DNA of 8,273 nucleotides, taken from assembly GCA_043228905.1 (NCBI GenBank), contig JBHGNT010001450.1:1-8273 (forward strand), read 5' to 3'. Positions 1 to 8,273 of the stretch are shown one piece after another (the first letter of the stretch is position 1; each line of letters starts with the position of its first letter). Made by a program: the position numbers and the translations under genes. The notes under the pieces are model-generated. The model was given only the letters and a program-made list of their open reading frames with translations. It had not been told where the DNA came from and made no database searches. The stretch comes from Azolla caroliniana (lineage: Eukaryota > Plantae > Polypodiophyta).

Positions 1-172
1 AGTACAAATCAAACTGTTCCTGAAAATGGTTCTTATAAGTTGCAGTCAATCATTCCATAGGAGAAGCTTTGTAGATATAGATATGATTATTCTGAGGTTG
101 TATAACAAGTAACTTTCAACATAGCCTCTTATGGGTTTATCCTTCATTTGGAAGTCAGGTTTTTATTCCAGG

Positions 173-478
173 AGAACTGAATGGGCTAGATAAACTCATT
201 GACCGAATAAAACACTACCCCAGCTCATCATATAGGGAAAAGAGTGAAAAATTGAATGGGTTTCCCCTTTATTTTACTAGAACTAAATGGGCAATACAAG
301 CTTATTGGCCCAATGAAAAACTATCTGAGCTCATCATATTTGGAAAAGAGTGAAAAATTGAAGGGGTTTCACTTTATACTAGAACTGAATGACTATACAA
401 GCTCATTGGCCCAGTGAAAGACTACCCCAGCTCATGACTTTTGGAACAGAGATAATTTTTTGAAGGGGTTTTCTCTTT
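173..478. repeat. Degenerate tandem repeat, three units of about 98-106 bp, in the upstream intron
   Basis: Units start with agaact at 173, 279 and 381 and share (ct)cattggccc, ctaccccagctcat, ggaaaagagtgaaaaattgaa and ggggtttc blocks in the same order. Confidence 0.9.
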
Positions 479-670
479 CAAGCAGTTAATTTATCTGCTT
501 CCTTATATAATTTGTAGTTATATGTAATCTAATATTAGTGTTTTGCTTGAATAAGTCTTGCTTTTGAATAATATATCACAAAGTTCAAAATAAAATTAGA
601 AACTGTCCTGTAATGATGCATATTAGCAGGTCAAAGCTTCTTTTATTATGTTCTAACCTATATGTGTTGA

Positions 671-3421
<2,751 letters not shown>

Positions 3422-5372
3422 GTAAGGAAACATTTCATTTTTCTCAGTTATTGTAAAATACTTTTTCAGGCTTGCATTTATAATTCAATTGATGCCAGTG
3501 TCTTATTGGCAAAAGTTTCCTTTAGAAGACATTTATATCTTTTGTGGGCTATATGTAGTCTAGAATTGTCAATTTTTAGTTCATCTAATTTCTTTTGTAT
3601 TATTTTGCACTGAGTTCACATTGGGTAGCAAAATTTTTTCATGGAGAGATTCAGCCTGTAACAAATGGTAGATAATAAACTTCCTGTTGCTTCACTTGAC
3701 ATTTTATGCCATCTTTAAGCTGTTATGCCCTTTTTCCTTTTCTTTCTTCAATAGCCTTCGGGATTTCTGACTTGAGTTTATATCATGTTATTTTCACAGT
3801 CATTTCACATTTCATTTGATGTGCATATCTTCAATTTCACACATCTGCTTGTCTTGTGGGCAAGCTGCAAGTTGATTTGTTTTCGTTTGTTGTTTGGTGA
3901 AAAACTATGATGTGATATTAAGGCTTCTTAACTTTTTGGGATCTCACAGCTAGTTTTGATTTGTCAAACATATTATTACAATATTTCTTTCTTTGTTTAC
4001 TATCATAAGCATCAGAGCTAAAACTAAAGTGATTACAACTATGTTTTGCAATTTGGTTTAATCAACTTTGGTACCATTGGCTTTAACGCACCCAGTAGGC
4101 GTAAAAATAACTTCCTTTCGTCTTTATCTCTCTAATTTTTCCTGTCAGATCTCTCTCCACACTATTCTTGTCGCCTTAATTTCTTCCACTGCAGCATATC
4201 CCTGCCAATTTGTTTTCTTCATCACTATTGAAATCAGCCTGAATAATCTGAGGGTGGTAGTTAGCTTCTTAGCCTACAAATGATCTTTCTCCCAATCAAT
4301 AATCATTAAAAAATGTTCTTAAGATAGTAAGAGTTTAGAAAATTCATACCAATTGCCCCAAGGTTGGCGTCCGTAGAGGCATTTCCTTAGAAACCCAGCC
4401 AGAATCAAAAGATTTTAAGGAAAAAGTGTTTCATCCAATCAATGAGAGTCCTGGTAAACACAAGCGGCAGGAGTTTCCTCACTGAACTTTTAAAAGAAAA
4501 TGGTGAGACCAAACAAACCAGGTGTAGGTAAGATAGATTTTTAGTGACCAAAGGTTAGTGAGAAAGAAAGAAAGAAAGATATATTAACGTCTTTTAAGAG
4601 GCCAAAATGGCCTATAAGACCAAATAAGAGATTACATCTCAAGTGTTCTCTCGTCTTTGAGAACAAATCAAAATAAAATAAATATTACATAGTAAATATA
4701 AAAGTAAATAACATGAAAAGAAAAGAAATGAGGGAATCTGGTTTTTGGCACATGTGAGATCCTCAAGTTAGGTATATTGTAGCTTTTGTCTTCGAAAGAT
4801 GTCTAGCATAGGTCGATCCAAAATGGAAATGTCTCCGAAGCGAGGGAAGCACCTACGATGGTGGGAGATAATGGCTTATATCTGTCGATGAGAAGGGTGT
4901 CGAGGTCGTGGTCCATGGGGCCGAGGCCTAGGTGCACGGCAAATTGCCATTGCTCGATCAATTGTAACCCCTTTGTTATGTCCTGGTCTGAAGCCCATTT
5001 GTGTATCCCGGGGTTGACTTCTAGCATTAGGAGTGATGGGGCTAAAGAAAGTTGTGATTGTTCTTTGTGGATGAGCTTGTGTGGCTGTATTCTTCAACAA
5101 CTTTTCCTGATGTCTCTTGAGCTCTAGCAAGAAAAGTCCTAGGCATGACAAATATAGTGTTCTTCAGATTCCACTCCTTGATGACATAATTGGCAGATTC
5201 TCTCTTCTAGAGGTAGTCGTGTATATCTGCCTACCTCAATCTGTAGCTGATGTGTTGAAGTTCGCAGCTGCCCTATCACACTACGCAACGCATAGGATAG
5301 ACGTATGTCCATATAAGGTGGCCTAATGACAAATCCATCCTCCGATGTATGTAAGAAGTGTCTTATAGTGGG

Positions 5373-5646
5373 CCATCTTTGTACCAAGTGGTATTTTGGG
5401 GCTGATCCATATTATCTTGTTTTCCAAGTTAATAATATTAGTTCGGATCACTCTATTCTTTTCCACTTTGGTCATATTTAGATGGGGACAGTCCAAGCTA
5501 TATTGGAACGGGGGTAGTGCATTTATACTCATGCCATGTAAATATGACCAAAGTGGAAAAGAATAGAGTGATCCGAACTAATATTATTAACTTGTAAAAC
5601 AAGATAATATGGATCAGCCCCAAAATACCACTTGGTACAAAGATGG
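5373..5646. repeat. Inverted repeat, 108-bp arms (5373-5480 and 5539-5646), 58-bp spacer
   Basis: Base-by-base comparison gives 107/108 complementary; the single mismatch is 5424 versus 5595. Confidence 0.97.
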
Positions 5647-5700
5647 GGACAGTCCAAGCTATATTGGAACGGGGGTAGTGCATTTATACTCATGCCATGT
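5480..5700. repeat. Identical 60-bp direct repeat (5480-5539 and 5641-5700)
   Basis: agatggggacagtccaagctatattggaacgggggtagtgcatttatactcatgccatgt occurs twice, offset 161 bp. Confidence 0.97.
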
Positions 5701-7499
5701 GACTCGAACCATTGCTGCATTTCAGCATACCAGCAATGAGTGTCTCCATTTTCAGCGAGTTGTTTTGATGACATAAGTGCCAACCTTGGGTACCTTCGTT
5801 TAGGGAGCTCCCAAAGACGTTGGATAAATGTCACTGATCGGAACAACGCCTCGGTTATTACAGGTGCTGCTCCCATCTCTGCCCGGATTATATCGTGGGG
5901 CACCGATGCTTTGCTCCTTATCATGCGAGCAATCATTGACACTAAAGGTCTCTCTAAATCTTTCCAATGATTTGGCTTATTAAGACTCTGTCCCCATGTC
6001 TCTACTCCATAGAGAAGAGTTGGTGTGACAAGTGTATCAAATAACCATAGCTTAGTCTGTGGCTCTTGGAGCTGCAAATGTGCACATTGTCTCTCGAGAG
6101 CACCAAGGGTTGCATATGCATGAGAAAGTCGGGCACAAGCGGCCTCCTGTAAGGAGAACCTAGGTCCTGTAAATGTTACTCCTAGGTATGTGTAGGAGTG
6201 TGTGTATTCCACCTTGTCCTCTCCCAAGAAGAATTTGGGTTCTGATCTTGTTACCCATGCTTGGGTGGTGTTAAACACCATCACTTTAGTTTTATTCATG
6301 TTGATTGACAAACCTTTGCCCCGACAAAATAGTTTTAAGGCATTTAGATGTCTTTGTAGTCCCTCCGGATAGTCAGAAATCAGAACAATATCATCAGCAT
6401 ATAGTAATATTTGTATAGCTATACCTGCTAGGTGTGCTCCGGAACCCCCAAATCTTTGTATGTAGTGTGATACCTCATCTATATAGAGACCGAAGAGTGT
6501 GGGAAATAGTGGGTATCCTTGCTTGACGCCAATTGTGCTAGCCACCGCCTCTAACAAGCCCTTAGAAGACCGCACTTTTCCTGACACATATTCATAGAGT
6601 GCATAGATTCCCCATTGCATATCTATAGGAACACCCAGGGCTTCTAGCTGTTGCATAAGCTGAGCACGTGGCACAGTGTCAAAGGCTTTTCGGAAATCCA
6701 AAAAGCAGCAATAAATCCTCTTATTGTGGGCTCTGCCCTCCTCAATAAGGGCCCGGAGGGTGAATATGTGATCCAAAGTTGTGAATCCCTTCCGAAAGCC
6801 TGCTTGTCCAATTGAACGGCAGCCATTTTGCTCTGCCCATATACTCAATTCTGATTCTAGATTCGAGCCATATAGTTTAGCCAAGTAATGGCCAATCATG
6901 ATTGTCCTATAGTTGCTTGGCATCAGGGGGTCTCTACTCTAGAGGATTGGCACAATGGTATGTTGAGTCCATCTAGTAGGAAAACCTTCACACATGGCTC
7001 TATTAAAGATGTGTGCTAGCAATGGGAGCAAGGTGTCACTGGCATAGATAAAGTGCTCACCCACCAATCCATCATGATCTTGGGCCTTCCCAAATTGTAG
7101 CCGATCAATGGCATTTCTTACATATTGTGGTGTAAAGAAGGTTGATTCATGTGGGCGTGGGGCATTCGGGTGAGGAAGAGGAGGTTGGCCCGGGATATCA
7201 TATAGAACCTTTGCATATTCCTGCCACACCTGAGGTGAGGTCAGTTGTGTGGTGGGTTGCCTCTCATTAAACATTTTCCATGCTCTTTTACTCTCTTGTC
7301 CTAGAAACAAGCGATACAAATGATCTTCAAATTTAGCCAAATACAATCTCTTCTTCTTCCTCACGAGGCGTTGGAAGGTTGCTCTCGCTTGGTTGTGTGT
7401 ATAAATGCCCTGAGTTACATCACGCTGCAAGCATCTCCTTGTATCACGGCATTCCTCATCATACCAACTATTTTGTATTACTCTACCGAGTTTGGGGGG

Positions 7500-7780
7500 A
7501 AAGAAAGAAAGAAACATATATTAATGTCAACAAGAGGCCAATATGGGCGAATTCATGTCATACATACTGAACCAAAAATAAAACCGCTAGATTTCCTAAA
7601 GCTCCATGAACATGATCTTAATGCATGTGGTGGAATTGTTTTGGAGATGGTTTACGAGCATGAAGTGCATAATTAATATTTATGAGAGTAGTGGTGATTG
7701 GACTTTGTATCTGATGTTGATTGGTGTGGTGAAGTGAGGCTATGACGAAGTGAGGCAATGATGAAGTTTAACAAGTGCAT
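7500..7780 (-). mobile_element. Short retroelement fragment X: LINE-like 3' tail plus an unrelated body (SINE-like, or 3' UTR of a sister LINE family)
   Basis: On + strand (GAAA)n-catatattaatgtc..aagaggccaatatgg matches the LINE terminus at 4561-4610, then diverges; body 7546-7662 recurs at 8159-8273. The far boundary is uncertain. Confidence 0.6.
7731..7767. repeat. 16-bp tandem repeat, about 2.3 copies
   Basis: gaagtgaggctatgac / gaagtgaggcaatgat / gaagt. Confidence 0.75.
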
Positions 7781-7782
7781 CT

Positions 7783-8103
7783 GAGAGAAAGATATATTAA
7801 CATCATTTAAGTGGCGAAAATGTCCTATTAGACCAAACAAGAGATAACATTTTAAATTTTGTCTCGTTGAGAACAAATGGCAATAAATGTAATTTAATAA
7901 AAAAAGTAAATGAAATATAGTAATTAAAGAATCCTGTTGTCTATGCATGTATGATTCTGAAGTTAGATTGTAATTTTTGTCTCCGAAAGTTCTGTTGCAT
8001 AAGCCAATCCAGAATGGAGAGATTTCTGAAGCAAGGGAAGCACCAGTGATGGCAGGAGATAATGGCCTTTTATCTGTCGATGAAAAGGGTGATGAGATTG
8101 GTC
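7783..8103 (-). mobile_element. Diverged, heavily truncated second copy of the LINE 3' end
   Basis: Collinear with about 4570-4913: gaaagatatattaac, agaccaaa.aagagat.acat, tgagaacaaat, ttttgtct.cgaaag, gaagc.agggaagcacc, ggagataatggc, tatctgtcgatga.aagggtg. Confidence 0.85.
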
Positions 8104-8273
8104 TTTGTCTATTAGAGGCTAAAATTAGTCAAAGAGACAAATTATGATTACAAATACTGGTGAATTCATGTTATCCATACTAAAAAAATAAAAGGTCTAG
8201 GTTCCCTAAAGCTCCATGATCATTATCTGAATGCATGCTGTGGAATGATTTTTTGAGATGCTTTACAAGCATG
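8104..8273 (-). mobile_element. Second copy of element X (continues beyond the window)
   Basis: 8107-8152 resembles the LINE terminal motif at 4589-4636; 8159-8273 aligns to 7546-7662 (gaattcatg, cctaaagctccatga, aatgcatg, gtggaat, gagatg.tttac.agcatg), roughly 80% by eye. Confidence 0.7.

Larger units (their letters stand above)
4876..7490 (-). pseudogene. Disrupted LINE ORF2 (reverse transcriptase plus C-terminal CCHC-type zinc finger)
   Basis: Track ORFs 6939-7517 and 5529-6923 are one frame split by a single TAG at 6939-6941 (PIL*SRDPLMPSNYR). A 161-bp duplication at 5540-5700 and frameshifts near 5365 and 5145 link on to ORFs 5323-5532, 5139-5387 and 4876-5151. Confidence 0.9.
4561..7495 (-). 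mobile_element. 5'-truncated non-LTR retrotransposon (LINE), RTE-X-like, antisense within the intron
   Basis: RT motifs NYRTI, QAGFR, FLDFRKAFDTV, GVKQG, LYADD, INMNKTKVM, YTYLG; upstream WYDEEC linker motif but no endonuclease domain; C-terminal R.STH.L.IE.GR...R.C..C...E.E.H zinc-finger module; about 300-bp 3' UTR ending in (TTTC)4 at 4562-4577. Clade call rests on recalled motifs; the 5' boundary is approximate. Confidence 0.9.
3422..8273 (+). other. Long transposon-containing intron of the BRWD/PHIP-like gene (runs past the window end)
   Basis: Strong donor A|gtaagg at 3422; no exon continuing the protein was recognised downstream; the other introns are 70-213 nt. Confidence 0.7.

Noticed and set aside
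173-478. CRISPR-like array
   Set aside because: Whole units are similar with no unique spacers, and the context is eukaryotic.
4065-4490. Possible decayed coding relic on the minus strand (LRKCLYGRQPWGNWYEF...IVWREI) and the + strand 71-aa ORF
   Set aside because: Stop density is about what AT-rich random sequence gives and no motif is recognisable; a TBLASTX or repeat-library search would be needed.
4541-4561. ttagtga repeated just outside the LINE tail as a target-site duplication
   Set aside because: Both copies are on the same side of the element and no match is seen at the 5' junction near 7495.
5373-5646. MITE or DNA transposon with long terminal inverted repeats
   Set aside because: The left arm and the spacer are native LINE ORF2 sequence, and there is no flanking target duplication.
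5529-6923. 464-aa RT ORF as an intact gene or as a bacterial retron, group II intron or DGR RT
   Set aside because: The motifs and (TTTC)n tail are non-LTR type and the context is a spliceosomal gene; the ATG follows a nonsense codon in the same frame and the last about 36 aa are read from the inverted duplication.
7490-7517. Start of the 192-aa ORF (MFLSFFPP)
   Set aside because: It is translated from the neighbouring element's (TTTC)n tail, not a real N-terminus.

Overview
Eukaryotic, land-plant-like genomic DNA; the lineage (possibly a non-seed plant) is inference only. On the + strand, 693-3421 holds 15 short internal exons (about 465 codons, joined in frame by hand) of a WD40-repeat gene of the BRWD/PHIP (bromodomain and WD repeat) family, including one GC-AG intron. 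The gene starts upstream of the window and then enters a long intron (3422 to the window end) in which I see no further exon. That intron carries an antisense, head-to-tail stack of four non-LTR retroelement pieces sharing one 3' terminal stem-loop motif: a 5'-truncated, disrupted RTE-X-like LINE (about 4561-7495), a short element X (about 7500-7780), a diverged LINE 3' UTR copy (about 7783-8103) and a second X (about 8104-8273+). Inside the LINE is a 161-bp fold-back duplication (A-B-A(inverted)-B) forming a 108-bp near-perfect hairpin. The upstream intron has a trimer of an about 104-bp repeat.
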